From Octopus sinensis (Eukaryota), in NCBI RefSeq assembly GCF_006345805.1, contig NC_043026.1:8804001-8868000 (forward strand): a stretch of DNA of 64,000 nt, written 5' to 3'. Both the position numbers and the translations under genes were made by a program. Positions 26,171 to 38,217 of the stretch are shown piece by piece; the first letter of the stretch is position 1, and the number at the start of each line of letters is the position of its first letter. Under the pieces are notes generated by a model that was given only the letters and a program-made list of their open reading frames with translations, had not been told where the DNA came from and ran no database searches.

Positions 26171-27817
26171 CCATCATCATCATCGTTTAACGTCCATTTT
26201 CCATGCTAGCATGGGTTGGACGGTTCAACTGGGGTCTGGGAAGCCAGAAGGCTGCACCAGGCTCCAGTCTGATCTGGCAGTGTTTCTACGGCTGAATGCC
26301 CTTCCTAACGTCAACCACTCCGTGAGTGTAGTGGGTGCTTTTTACGTACCACCGGCACAGATGTCAGACGAGGCTGGCAAACGGCCACGATCGGATGGTG
26401 CTTTTTACGTACCACCGGCACAGGTGCCAGACGAGGCTGGCAAACGGCCACGATCGGATGGTGCTTTTTACGTACCACCGGCACAGGTGCCAGACGAGGC
26501 TGGCAAACGGCCACGATCGGAGGGTGCTTTTTACGTGCCACCGACACAGGTGCCAGATGAGTCTGGCAAACGGCCACGATCGGATGGTACTTTTTACGTA
26601 CCACCGGCACAGGTGCCAGACAAGGCTGGCAAATGGCCACGTTCGGATGGTGCTTTTTACGTACCACCGGCACAGGTGCCAGACGAGGCTGGCAAACGGC
26701 CACGATCGGATGGTGCTTTTTACGTACCACCGGCACAGGTGCCAGACGAGGCTGGCAAACGGCCACGATCGGATGGTGCTTTTTACGTGCCACCGACACG
26801 GAGGCCAGACAAGGCTGGCAAACAGCCACGATCAGTTGGTGCTTTATACGTGCCACCGGCACAGGTGCCAGACGAGGCTGGCAAACGGCCACGATCGGAT
26901 GGTTCTTTTTACGTACCACCGGCACAGGTGCCAGACGAGGCTGGCAAACAGCCACGATCGGATGGTACTTTTTACGTACCACCGGCACAGGTGCCAGACG
27001 AGGCTGGCAAACGGCCACGATCGGATGGTGCTTTTTACGTGCCACCGGCACGGAGGCCAGACAAGGCTGGCAAACAGCCACGATCAGTTGGTGCTTTATA
27101 CGTGCCACCGGCACAGGTGCCAGACGAGGCTGGCAAACGGCCACGATCGGATGGTTCTTTTTACGTACCACCGGCACAGGTGCCAGACGAGGCTGGCAAA
27201 CAGCCACGATCGGATGGTACTTTTTACGTACCACCGGCACAGGTGCCAGACGAGGCTGGCAAACGGCCACGATCGGATGGTGCTTTTTACGTGCCACCGG
27301 CACGGAGGCCAGACAAGGCTGGCAAACAGCCACGATCAGTTGGTGCTTTATACGTGCCACCGGCACAGGTGCCAGACGAGGCTGGCAAACGGCCACGATC
27401 GGATGGTTCTTTTTACGTACCACCGGCACAGGTGCCAGACGAGGCTGGCAAACAGCCACGATCGGATGGTACTTTTTACGTACCACCGGCACAGGTGCCA
27501 GACGAGGCTGGCAAACGGCCACGATCGGATGGTGCTTTTTACGTGCCACCGGCACGGAGGCCAGACAGGGCTGGCAAACAGCCACGATCAGATGGTGCTT
27601 TATACGTGCCACCGGCACAGGTGCCAGACGAGGCTGGCAAACGGCCACGATCGGATGGTTCTTTTTACGTACTACCAGCACAGATGCCAGATGAGGCTGG
27701 CAAACAGCCACGATCGGATGGTGCTTTTTACGTGCCACTGGCACGGAGGCCAATTGGGGCGGTGCTGGCAACGGTCACGTTCGGATGGTTCTCTTATGTG
27801 CCACCGGCACTGGTATC
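26171..27817 (-). mobile_element. RTE-tailed SINE-like element with ~23 x 63-bp minisatellite
   Basis: Unit ccaccggcacaggtgccagacgaggctggcaaacggccacgatcggatggtgctttttacgta; variant marker recurs at 26809, 27061, 27313 and 27565 (252-bp higher-order repeat). Confidence 0.92.
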
Positions 27818-28175
27818 ACTTTTATTCATTCACTTGTTTGTCATTTTTGACAGTGGTCATGCTGGAGCACCGCCTTTAGTAGAACAAGTCAATTCCAGAA
27901 TTTATTCTTTGAAAGCTTAGCACTTATTCTATCAGTCTGTTTTGTTAAACCGCTAATACTGTAATTCTTTTGTGTGTGTGTGTCTAGGTGTGAGTATATA
28001 CAAACAATAGCTTCTTTCAAATTTCATATACCAAATCGACAAGGTTTGGGTCAACCTCAGACTATATAAGAAGACATTTGACCAAGGTGCCATGCAGTGG
28101 GACTGACCCCAGAACAATGTATTTGGGAGCAGGGTTTTTACCACACATTTATGCTAATTGGTTTTGACACTTAGT

Positions 28176-28742
28176 GAACTGGCAGAATCGTTAGCACGCC
28201 GGCAAAATGCTTAGCGGTATTTCGTCTGCCGCTAAGTTCCGAGTTCAAATTCCGCTGAGGTTGACTTTGCCTTTCGTCCCTTCGGGGTCGATTAAATAAG
28301 TACCAGTTACGCACTGGGGTTGATATAATCAACTTAATCCCTTTGTTTGTCCCTTCTGTGTTTAGCCCCTTGTGGGTAGTAAAGAAATAGGTATTTCGTC
28401 AGCCGCTACGTTCTGAGTTCAAATTCCGCCGAGGTCGACTTTGCCTTTCGTCCTTTCAGGGTCAATTAAATAAGTACCAGTTACGCACTGGGGGTCGATA
28501 TAATCGACTTAATCCGTTTGTCTGTCCTTGTTTGTCCCCTCTGTGTTTAGCCCCTTGTGGGTAGTAAAGAAATAGGTATTTCGTCTGCCGCTTAGTTCTG
28601 AGTTCAAATTCTGCCGAGGTCGACTTTGCCTTTTGTGGTCGCTTAAGTAAGTACCAGTTACGCACTGGGGTCGATATAATCGACTTAATCCGTTTGTCTG
28701 TCCCCTCTGTATGTAGCCCCTTGTGGGTAGTAAAGAAATAGG
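28176..28742 (+). mobile_element. SINE (third family) with triplicated 3' portion
   Basis: gagttcaaattccgc...gactttgccttt...ccccttgtgggtagtaaagaaatagg x3. Minus-strand duplicated-tail copies at ~37333-37697 and ~48640-48985; a single-tail copy at ~61005-61205. Confidence 0.8.
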
Positions 28743-29103
28743 TTTTGGCACTTTTGTAACAAAACTCATGGAAAACAAAATTTTGCGATCTGAGAAAAAT
28801 TGCCTTTATTAAAAAAATATCCCACAGGAAAATTGTCTTAGCTGTGGCGACATAAAACCCTGATTGGGAGGCAGTTACCACACACACTTGAACCACATCT
28901 CCTGTGTGAATACATTTATAGTTAGACAGTGTGTCACCTTTTTTCCTTTTCTGTTCTGGCATAGAATGAACTTTGACAAATCCAGCAATTCCCTGATGAA
29001 CAGCCTGGTTTTTGCCATGGAGAATGCCTGCAGCACTACCACCAATTTAGGAATTTAAAATGGTTATTTTTCTCATGAATTGTCACGTTGATAGTCACAC
29101 ATA

Positions 29104-29274
29104 GGCGCAGGAGTGGCTGTGTGGTAAGTAGCTTGCTAACCAACCACATGGTTCCAGGTTCAGTCCCACTGCATGGCATCTGGGGCAAGTGTCTTCTGCT
29201 ATAGCCCCGGGCCAACCAATGCCTTGTGAGTGGATTTGGTAGATGGTAACTGAAAGAAGCCTGTCGTATATGTG

Positions 29275-29305
<31 letters not shown>

Positions 29306-29517
29306 ATGCGTTTGTGTCTGTGTTTGTCCCCCTAGCATTGCTTGACAACCGATGCTGGTGTGTTTACATCCCCGTTACTTAGCGGTTCGGCAAAAGAGAC
29401 TGATAGAATAAGTACTGGGCTTACAAAGAATAAGTCCCGGGGTCGATTTGCTCGACAAAAAGGCGGCGCTCCAGGATGGCCATAGTCAAATGACTGAAAC
29501 GAGTAAAAGAGTAGAGT
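29104..29517 (+). mobile_element. Full-length tRNA-derived SINE at the left edge of the cassette array
   Basis: Same family as 19200; cassette homology begins 7 bp after its tail. Confidence 0.85.
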
Positions 29518-31160
29518 ACATCTCCCTCAACCTATGTCTTCCACCCACATGTAACAAGAAAACTTTTTACACACCCTACCCCCAACAAACCAATCTACAT
29601 CTCTTCTTCACATTCCTTCCATACACTATGCCTACCTCTCACTCCCCCAATCCTGTCCTCATGGTGCTGTTCCTCTTTATCATTGCTATCCGGTAGCCCC
29701 CTGACCCTATATAATACCCAGCTTGTCATCACTCAACGCCCCCTACACTCTAATCATGCTTCCTTTGCAGTATCCTATTCCTTTATTACCCACAAGGGGC
29801 TAAACACAGAGGGGAGACAAACAAGGACAGACAAAGGGATTAAGTCAATTACATCGACCCCAGTGCATAACTGGTACTTATTTAATCGACCCCGAAAGGA
29901 TGAAAAGCAAAGTCGACCTCAGCGGAATTTGAACTCAGAGCCTAACGTTTCTGCCAGCTCACCACCTTTGCAGTATCCTGTCCCTTATATTATGACGTTT
30001 AAACCTCAAGGGTATGCCCTGGCCCTTGCCACCATCTATATCTCTTTCTTCCCTTACTCAACCATCCTCATCTATGCTCTAATCCCCTCCCTAGTGAATA
30101 CGCCCATCATTTTGCCACTATCTCCATCGTGTTGTCTCCCACCCTCTATCTCCTTCTCCTGCATTTCCCTCAGGCTGGGTAACCATGTATCTCCTTTGTG
30201 GCAGCACACCCGTTTCTGTCTTCATTCCACATCTCTCTCTCTCTCTCTCTCTCTCTCTGGCCTGGTAAACTTGTACTTCCTCTACAGCAACGGACAGATC
30301 ACAACAACAGATGCTGCCCAACACACAGAACCAAACCATGAAGATGCTACAGAATTTCAACTATGATACAACTCCCACTGTTCCAGATAGAGTTCGTTAA
30401 AACTTGCCAAACCTGTTACTTCACAATATGTAAGACATTTGCCATGTATTTTTATAAGGGGTTGTAATAAATAATAGTTGCATTGAATTTACCTGGTTCT
30501 TCTTGTCATTCTTTTATATAAAGGTAACTCCAGGCACACAAACTAGACCAGCCACAGTTAACTCGCCAGCAAAACTCATAACCAATGCTACAGAATTTCA
30601 ACTGTGATACAACTTCCACTGTTCCAGATAGAGTTCGTTAAAATTTCTGATGGTTCAACTGGGGTCTGGGAAGCCAGAAGGCTGCACTAGGCCCAGTCTG
30701 ATCTGACAAAGTTTCTATGGCTGGATGCCCTTCCTAATGCCAACCACTCCGTGAGTGTCATGGGTTGCTTTTTATGTGCCACCGCATGGGGGCCAGGCGA
30801 GGCTGGCAACAGCCATGATCGGATGGTGCTTTTTACGTGCAACCTGCACGGAGGACAGACGGGCTGCGCTGGCAGCGGCCACATTCGGATGGTTCCTTTG
30901 TCTGTGTATATGTCTATAAACTACTCGTAGTAATACCTGTCATTAATTGGGTAATTGCTTTTATTCTTTCTTGAGAGCCCCATTCAGAGTATTATTATAT
31001 GTATAGTTTACCCCTCCTGTATGTGTGTATTTTATAAGAGAAAAATGAAATAACTGAAGTAGGAAAAAGACCAGTTTCATACACAGGCTTCTGTTTTATT
31101 TATCAAAACACTAATGGCAATTATATACTCTTTACTCTTTTACTTGTTTCAGTCATTGAC

Positions 31161-32116
31161 TTTGAGTAAGTCCTCAACACCACCGTCTTCCTTTCAAGCT
31201 CTTTTAACCATTTTTTGGGAGCTGTCAAGTCCCACACAAGAAATTCCTTTGCCATTTCAACACAAAGTTCAATTACAGTTCAAAATGTAAGAAAATAAAA
31301 CAAGACACAAAAAAAGAAGGGAAGAAATAAAATAAAAAATAACAGTTCAAAAAAGAGTTCTTTTATTTTTTTAAATAAACGAAAGCTTTGAAGAAGAGAG
31401 TTCAAATCCAGGCGAAGAAATAAATTAATTTTCGGCTGAAAAGGTTCTCCTGGCCAAATGTACATAGGTTCCTTGGTATGAATCGTCTTTACCCGTAATT
31501 GGTAAAAGAAATCCAAACACAATACTGGCTACAGCCAACGGTAACTGTACCAGGTTCTAATCATTCGGGCGAGGATACGTCCCTCCACTGCTTTTTTTTT
31601 TTTTAATGAATCCAAAATATTCACACTAAATTCACAAAACAGCAGCCACCGAGAGCAGGCGAAATTTGTTAACAAAAAAGAACAATATAACAAATTACAC
31701 CCAGCTCAGATAAAACAAAATCACTGGCCTCGACAACCTTCTCTGTTTTTGTCCTTTTTTCTTGTAATTGGCCAGAGCCAAAACACTCACGTCCACCTTG
31801 CAAAAACAGTCCTTCCTGCCTTGTACTCCTTGGTAATCCACAGACACTAAGATAATTTTCGCAAAGAAATTAATCTTTGCAGAGGGGCTACGCCTCCTCG
31901 AAAACACAATTCTCACTGCAAAGTGAGTCTTTATAGGCGGCCACAGGCAGGCAAATGTCTGGAGCAGACTGGAGTCTATTACTCACCAAAAAATATTAAA
32001 TACAGGGCAACAAACTCCACTAAGCCCTCAAAAAATACGACAAACGCCTACCTGTAGTCAAGCCTCAAAGTTCAATATTTCACGACGAAAGACGTGACAT
32101 CAAGCAGCAAGAACTC
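31161..32116 (-). mobile_element. Truncated ORF1-element copy (5' region plus ~32 codons)
   Basis: ATG at 31255: MAKEFLVWDLTAPKKWLKELERKTVVLRTYSK, homologous to the ORF starting at 33480; joined to a SINE tail. Confidence 0.8.
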
Positions 32117-34084
32117 GCGGGCTGGACATAGACATTAATTAATGATGGTGATGGAACGAAGATGGTGATGGGAGAAGACGAAAGCGCCCGCCGACCCCTG
32201 CTTCTCTAAGACAATGTCCTTTTTTCAATAAGTTCAAAAATGTTCAAAATTTTACAAATGTCACAAGAGGCAACGAACCTCTTTTTCAATATGATGCACA
32301 GCATCCACAGGTTTCAGTTACCCGGCCGACCAGCGCTCTTGCTTCCTTGAAACACTCACCCGCTTCCAACCAGGCCGCACAAGTAGAAATGTAAAGGTAT
32401 TCGCGATCCTGCACAGATCATTTTCCAATAGGAGCTCCGCAGCTACCTGCGAAGGCCACTTAGGGTCCTCTGTGCAGGACCGGAGACCCTTCCATTGGCC
32501 TCTCCATTTCATTTTCCTTATCTTGTTCTCCATGGTCCCTCCTTTGTGGAAGAGGACCACATAATTGACCTCCGACGGTTCATCCACCTGAGGAGGCTCG
32601 GGAGAGGCCGTCTGTGTGTCAAAATCTGCACGGCGGCGTCCCGTTTCTTTTCTTTTTTCCTTGGGCCGCGGGAGGTTTAGGTTCTGGTGTTGCACACAAC
32701 GGATCCTCTTTTTCTCTCACAGCTTCCGGGTCTTTTGGTGGGTCACCATTGTTTCCCACTTTTCTTTTTCTCGTTGAGGAAGTTATTGCTTCCTCGTTCT
32801 GTTTCTCTCCCTCCTTTGAGGAGACAGGAAGAGGCTCCAACATCAACTGCTCTAGCATCCTACTTTGGTCCTTGGGGCAGTTCTTCTTAATGTGGCCGGT
32901 CTCCAGGCACAGGTGACACCTGGGGGGGGGGGGGGCGTCCCTCAAGCATCACCGGATACCTGGACACGGCCATCCTCAAGAAATCTGGGAAAACCAGACT
33001 TTTGGCTGATTGGGTCCACAGGGTCAACACAGCTTTTGCCCCTTCCCAATCAGCCGCAGGCAACACTTTTACATTCAGCAGCTTGGAACTGCTACCATCC
33101 AGACCCCAGCGGATAGAATCCTCTATCCACTCGGGTTCAACGCCGGGTGGTAAGCCGCAGATCCAGGCTCTCAATAATTTTTCTCCCTTGTAATTTGGGA
33201 GAAACAACACTTCTTTGCCCTCAAGGGGCTGGCTTGCAAAATCGCAAGCTTCTTTTGGGGAGTCAAACAGCAACCAGACCGTTGCGTATTTCACTCCCCG
33301 TGCGATAAATTTAAGGGCTGGCATGTAATCCGCCAGCTCGTTCAGTATGGTGGCCTTCGGGAAGACGGCTGTGGTGTGGAGCGACTTCGAGTAAGTCCTC
33401 AACACCACAGCCTCCTCCTCCAGCTCTTTTAAGTACTTTTTGGGAGGTGTCAATTCCCACACCGTAAATTCCTTTGCCATGGTAACACAAAGTTCAATAA
33501 CAGTTCGAAGTATAAAGATATAAAAATAGACACAAAAAGGAGAATGAAAAATACAACAGAAGGGAAGAAACAAAATTAGAAATAGCAGGTCAAAAAAGTT
33601 CTTTTTCAAAAAATAAATGAGAGCTCGAAGAAGAGAGTTCAAATCCAGACAAAGGAATTAAATTTTTTCTTTTTTCTCTTTTCTCTTTTTTAGGCCAAAA
33701 AAGGTACTCCAGGCCAAATGTCCAGCTGGTAAAACACCTTGCAAAAAGAATCCATGGTACTCCGTGGTAAATCCGGTGGAAAACACAAAGACAATTTCAA
33801 AACACATTAATTTTTGCGGAGGGGCTACGCCTCCTCGCAAACACAATTCTCACTGCAAAGTGAGTCTGTAAAGGCGGCCACAGGCAGGAAAATGTCTGGA
33901 GCAGACTGGAGTCTATTACTCACCAAAATATATTAAATACAGGGCAACAAACTTCACTAAGCCCTCAAAAAATACGACAAACGCCTACCTGTAGTCGAGC
34001 CTCAAAGTTCAATATTTCACAACGAAAGATGTGACATCAAGCACCAAGAACTCTCCGCCAAAAACAAACACGTCCGTCTCCGAC
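32117..34084 (-). mobile_element. Tx1/L1-like element carrying ORF1 only
   Basis: GC-richer 1.9-kb block present only in unit 1; its 5' ~230 bp matches 31891-32116; no endonuclease or RT motifs. Confidence 0.7.
32318..33480 (-). pseudogene. gag-like ORF1 (RRM-like segment plus CCHC zinc knuckle), frameshifted
   Basis: MAKEFTVWELT...RAWICGLPPGVEPEWI...EGRPP / RCHLCLETGHIKKNC (C-x2-C-x4-H-x4-C). Frame breaks in a 14-nt C run (32922-32935); a 13-nt run would restore it. A possible second shift lies near 32650. Confidence 0.75.
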
Positions 34085-34401
34085 AAAGATAACCAAGCTA
34101 CTTACCACACAACTACTCCTGTTTACTCAATTTGAAAACTCTTTGTATTGTCTTTTGTCTCTTGTGTCTGTGTGTGTGCGCCTAAGTTCATATATGAGTA
34201 GTGTCCATTTAATATCACGCAAAAATTGATAAAAATTTGAGAATTAAAATTAAATATCTTTTTTCTAATTGATAGAATTTTACTAAACCTTTGGATGGCA
34301 AATTGAAAATAATGTGAATAAATAAACATCACATTCGACAGAATAACCTGCATGGTAAAGAGTTTCAGTAACCCCTTAGAGATTATGATTTAGTTTAAAT
34401 A

Positions 34402-35406
34402 TCAGTGGGATTGCTTCTTCCCCTTATGAACACATTTGTGAGAAGTTAAGCTGCTATGTTGAGTGAATGACCTACCACAGATATCACAAGGAAATAGCTT
34501 CTCTCCTGTATGGATACGTTTATGGGTCATTAGGTTACTACTGGTAGAGAAAGATTTATTACAGACATCACAAGAATATGGTGTCTCTCCTGTATGAATA
34601 CGTTTATGAGTAGTTAGGTGGCCACTTTGAGAGAATGATTTACCACAGATTTCACAGTGAAATGGTGTCTCTCCTGTATGAATACGTTTGTGTAAAGTCA
34701 AATAAATTTCTTCAGTGAATAATTTACCACAGATATCACAAGAATATGGTGTTTCTCCTGTATGAATACGTCTGTGTCCAGTTAAGTTAGAACTCACGGT
34801 GAATGATTTACCACAGATATCACAATGATAGTGTGACTCTCCTGTATGAATACGTTTATGATAAGTTAGAGCACTTTTACCAGGAAATAATTTACCACAG
34901 ATATTACAGGAATATGGCTTCTTTCCTGTATGAATAGGTTTGTGATTAGTTAAAGCACTTCTTTGAGAGAATGATTTACCACAAATATCACACTGAAATG
35001 ACTTCTCTCCTATATGAAGACGTTTATGATAAGTTAGAGCACTTTTACCAGGAAATAATTTACCACAGATATTACAGGAATATGGCTTCTTTCCTGTATG
35101 AATAGGTTTGTGTTTAGTTAAAGCACTTCTTTGAGAGAATGATTTACCACAGGTTTCACAGTGAAATGGCTTCTCTCCAGTATGAACACGTATGTGAGAA
35201 TTTAAATGATTTCGGTCAGAGAATGATTTACCACAGATTTCACAGTGAAATAGCTTCTCTCCTGTATGAATACGTTTGTGCTTATTTAAGTTACCTTTAC
35301 TTGAGAAAGACTTTTTACACACATCACAGTCATGTGACAATTTTTGTCTCTCTTTTTTGCTATCTTCTGGTAAAATCTGTTCCTTCACTTTCTCACTCTT
35401 TTCCAT
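34402..35406 (-). CDS. C2H2 zinc-finger protein A1 (11 fingers)
   Basis: 334-aa intact ORF, TGE(K/T)P linkers, C-terminus HKGKKQSH. Confidence 0.93.
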   Translation of the reverse strand: MEKSEKVKEQILPEDSKKERQKLSHDCDVCKKSFSSKGNLNKHKRIHTGEKLFHCEICGKSFSDRNHLNSHIRVHTGEKPFHCETCGKSFSQRSALTKHKPIHTGKKPYSCNICGKLFPGKSALTYHKRLHIGEKSFQCDICGKSFSQRSALTNHKPIHTGKKPYSCNICGKLFPGKSALTYHKRIHTGESHYHCDICGKSFTVSSNLTGHRRIHTGETPYSCDICGKLFTEEIYLTLHKRIHTGETPFHCEICGKSFSQSGHLTTHKRIHTGETPYSCDVCNKSFSTSSNLMTHKRIHTGEKLFPCDICGRSFTQHSSLTSHKCVHKGKKQSH

Positions 35407-35761
35407 TATTTTTCCTTCAACTTCACCATATACCTTCTTTTTTTATTCTTTTTGCTTCTGTAGTCTTTTGTTTACAAATATTTCAACTGTTGTATTTCTG
35501 GCCACTGTTACCTTTGTCACAAAACAACTAAATTTATCCACATTCAATCTGCAAACAGGCTCATCTTGTAGACACTCCAGCCAGTGATGTCCAGAAGGTT
35601 TGCTAATAACACAATTCAGAGTAAATATATCAGAGGAATTCCACCAAAGATTTATAGAAACAATCTTATATATATGTTCTGTACAATATTTTCATTTTGG
35701 TCTTTAAAAGATGATAAATAATGAGAATGTATCTTCAGTTATGCCAATGTCATCTGATATT

Positions 35762-38060
35762 CTGAAACAATAAAGAAACAACAATGTAAGATATAGAGGC
35801 TACTTAAAAAAATACAGATTCAACATTTCCATAAAGATAAACTCTAGAAACAAACATTTAACTGAACAACAGAACTTTCTAATTTATTAATATTGACATC
35901 ACAAAATCCTGTTTGAAGCTAACATATTTCTAAACTCCCGCTCCACATTCATAAATACACACACACACTTTTTTACTGGTTTCAGTTGTTTTCACTGTGG
36001 TCATGCTGGAGCACCAACTTTAAAGGCTTCAGTCAATAGAATCAATGCTAGGACTTATTTTTTGAGCTTAGCACTTATTCTATCAGCCACTTTTGCCAAA
36101 CCACAGGTTTATGGGGACATAAACACACCAACACTGTTTGTCAAGTGTTGAATAGGTGGGAGGACAACACACCCACCCACACACAAATATATTGGGCTTC
36201 CTTCAGCTTCCATCTCCCAAATCCATTCACAAGGCCAGAGGATATTGTAGAAAATGTATGTCTGTGACTAGTTACCTAACAGCTCACAATTTCTTCTCTT
36301 TAACTCCATAAAGGGAAAAAATTACTGGAAATAGTCATTACTCATTTTGCCCCATGAGGAGATTTCACGAATGATTACAAAATGTTTATCAGCTAAGCAA
36401 ATGGCCTTCCCTGAATGCATTGAAATCATTATAACAGAATCACTATTTCAGGAAATTATCATTGTTCTCTTTGAGTGTGTAGAAAGAGAAATTTGGCAGA
36501 GGCAAGAAAAGGTGAAATTGTCTCTTCAAATTATCCAGAATTACATTTGAAAACAAAGACTCAAACATCAATATCTATCCTTCGACATCTTAAAGATCAG
36601 AAATGCAAAAAGCTATTTAAGTATCGAATTCAAATGAAAGAGAATCAGAGAAAAATTGCAAATGATGTGAAATTAATGAATATCGAATAAATGGGGGGAA
36701 AAAAATCAACATAAAATATCATCAACAGTTTCTTCAAGATCTCTTCGTGGTTAGGGCAGCAGACTCGCGGTCGTAGGATTGCGGTTTCGATTCCCAGACC
36801 GGGCGTTGTGAGTGTTTATTGAGCGAAAACACCAAAAAGCTCCACGAGGCCCCGGCAGGGGATGGTGGTGATCCCTGCTGTACTCTTTCACCACAACTTT
36901 CTCTCACTCTTACTTCCTGTTCTGTTGTACCTGTATTTCAAAGGGCCGGCCTTGTCACTCTGTGTCACGCTGAATGTCCCCGAGAACTACGTTAAGGGTA
37001 CACGTGTTTGTGGAGTGCTCATCGTCGTAACCGACGGAGTGCTTCCATCCACTAACAAGAGATTATTGAAAGTAGTCATTACTCATTTTGCCCCATCTTA
37101 GTCATGATTTTGATAATTGAAAATTACCAAATTAGACACTAAACGGGGGGTAAAAATTGATCTGGAATCTAAGAGAGAGAAGAATATTGATGGTTAAACA
37201 CCGAACATCATCCAGATAATTTATTAGTAACCTCGATTATTATCGGATTGAGAGTTGAGGGAAAATTTCTTGATAATAAAAAGGACCTGCAACTCCAACA
37301 ACTATAAGGACAAATTCCCAGTCCTAAATATATATTTCTTTACTCACCACAAGGGGCTACACACTGAGGGGACAAACAAGGCCAGAAAAACGGATTAAGT
37401 CGATTATATCGACTCCGAAAGGATGAAAGGCAAAGTCGGCCTCGGCGGAATCTGAACTCAGAACGTAACGGCAGACGAAATATCTATTTTTTTACTGCCC
37501 ACAAGGGGCTAAACACAGAGGGGAGAAACAAGGACAGACATAGGTATTAAGTCGATTACATCGACCCCAGTGCGTAACTGGTACTTTATTTATCGACCCC
37601 GAAAGGATGAGAGGCAAAGTCGACCCCGGCGGAATTTGAACTCAGAACGTAACGGCAGACGAAATATGTCCACGCATTTCTGCCAGCTCGCCGCCATCCC
37701 CAGTCCTAAAATATAATGTAGCAATACTCACAAAAATCATAAATCCAAACAAATTAGGAGAAACGGGAAAATACTCATTTTGCCCCGCTTACTAATTATG
37801 TCCCTTACCTTATATCAAGAAACAAGGGTTCGATAAATTATAATAAAGCATTGGATTCTCAGCATTTCTGTGGTTGGAGTTTATTTTAAGAACATTTCTC
37901 CACCTAAAACACACAACAAACAAACTTAAAGAAGAAACGATGGAGCGTGTAGGAGGTTGCCGCCATAGCTAGAAATAGCAGCCAAATGTGGAACAGATCA
38001 AAGGACATCTGAGACACCAAAGTATTAAAAGATTAAATGTTTTCGTTGTTTAATACTTAC
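35762..38060 (-). other. Predicted 5'-UTR intron of A1 (also 47068-49354 for A2, 59436-61566 for A3)
   Basis: GTAAGT donor and polypyrimidine-TTTCAG acceptor at homologous positions. Confidence 0.55.
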
Positions 38061-38217
38061 GAAAATGTCTTTATAAAGGATGGTGTTGTTGTTAGATGTG
38101 CGTCAGGTGGTTGAGAAATCTATTACAAATGTGTTTCGGAGTTAATTGAGAGAAATTCTGGCACCAGACATCAAATGTTTGTCGTAACGTAATGAATGGG
38201 GGCGTACGTACGTTTCG

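Noticed and set aside
26336-27760. CRISPR-like or HDV/twister-ribozyme reading of the 63-bp array
   Set aside because: No unique spacers and no cas genes in eukaryotic DNA; I could not build an HDV pseudoknot or find twister core motifs by eye.
26160-27920. 586-, 514-, 486- and 353-aa repetitive ORFs
   Set aside because: They result from a GC-rich 63-bp unit that is a multiple of 3, are open in several frames at once, and lie inside a dispersed SINE-like element.
29448-30366. 227-aa and 304-aa ORFs in the cassette spacer (also 55057-55971)
   Set aside because: They cross SINE fragments and (CT)n; frames are not conserved in the 43-kb copy; no domain motif.
31891-34053. LTR retrotransposon (direct repeats flanking gag)
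   Set aside because: Homology of the downstream repeat continues into a second ORF1 start, so this is a tandem arrangement; no TG..CA ends, PBS or PPT identified.
36347-36690. 67- and 71-aa ORFs repeated per cassette
   Set aside because: Conserved only because the whole unit is near-identical; they lie antisense within the predicted A intron.
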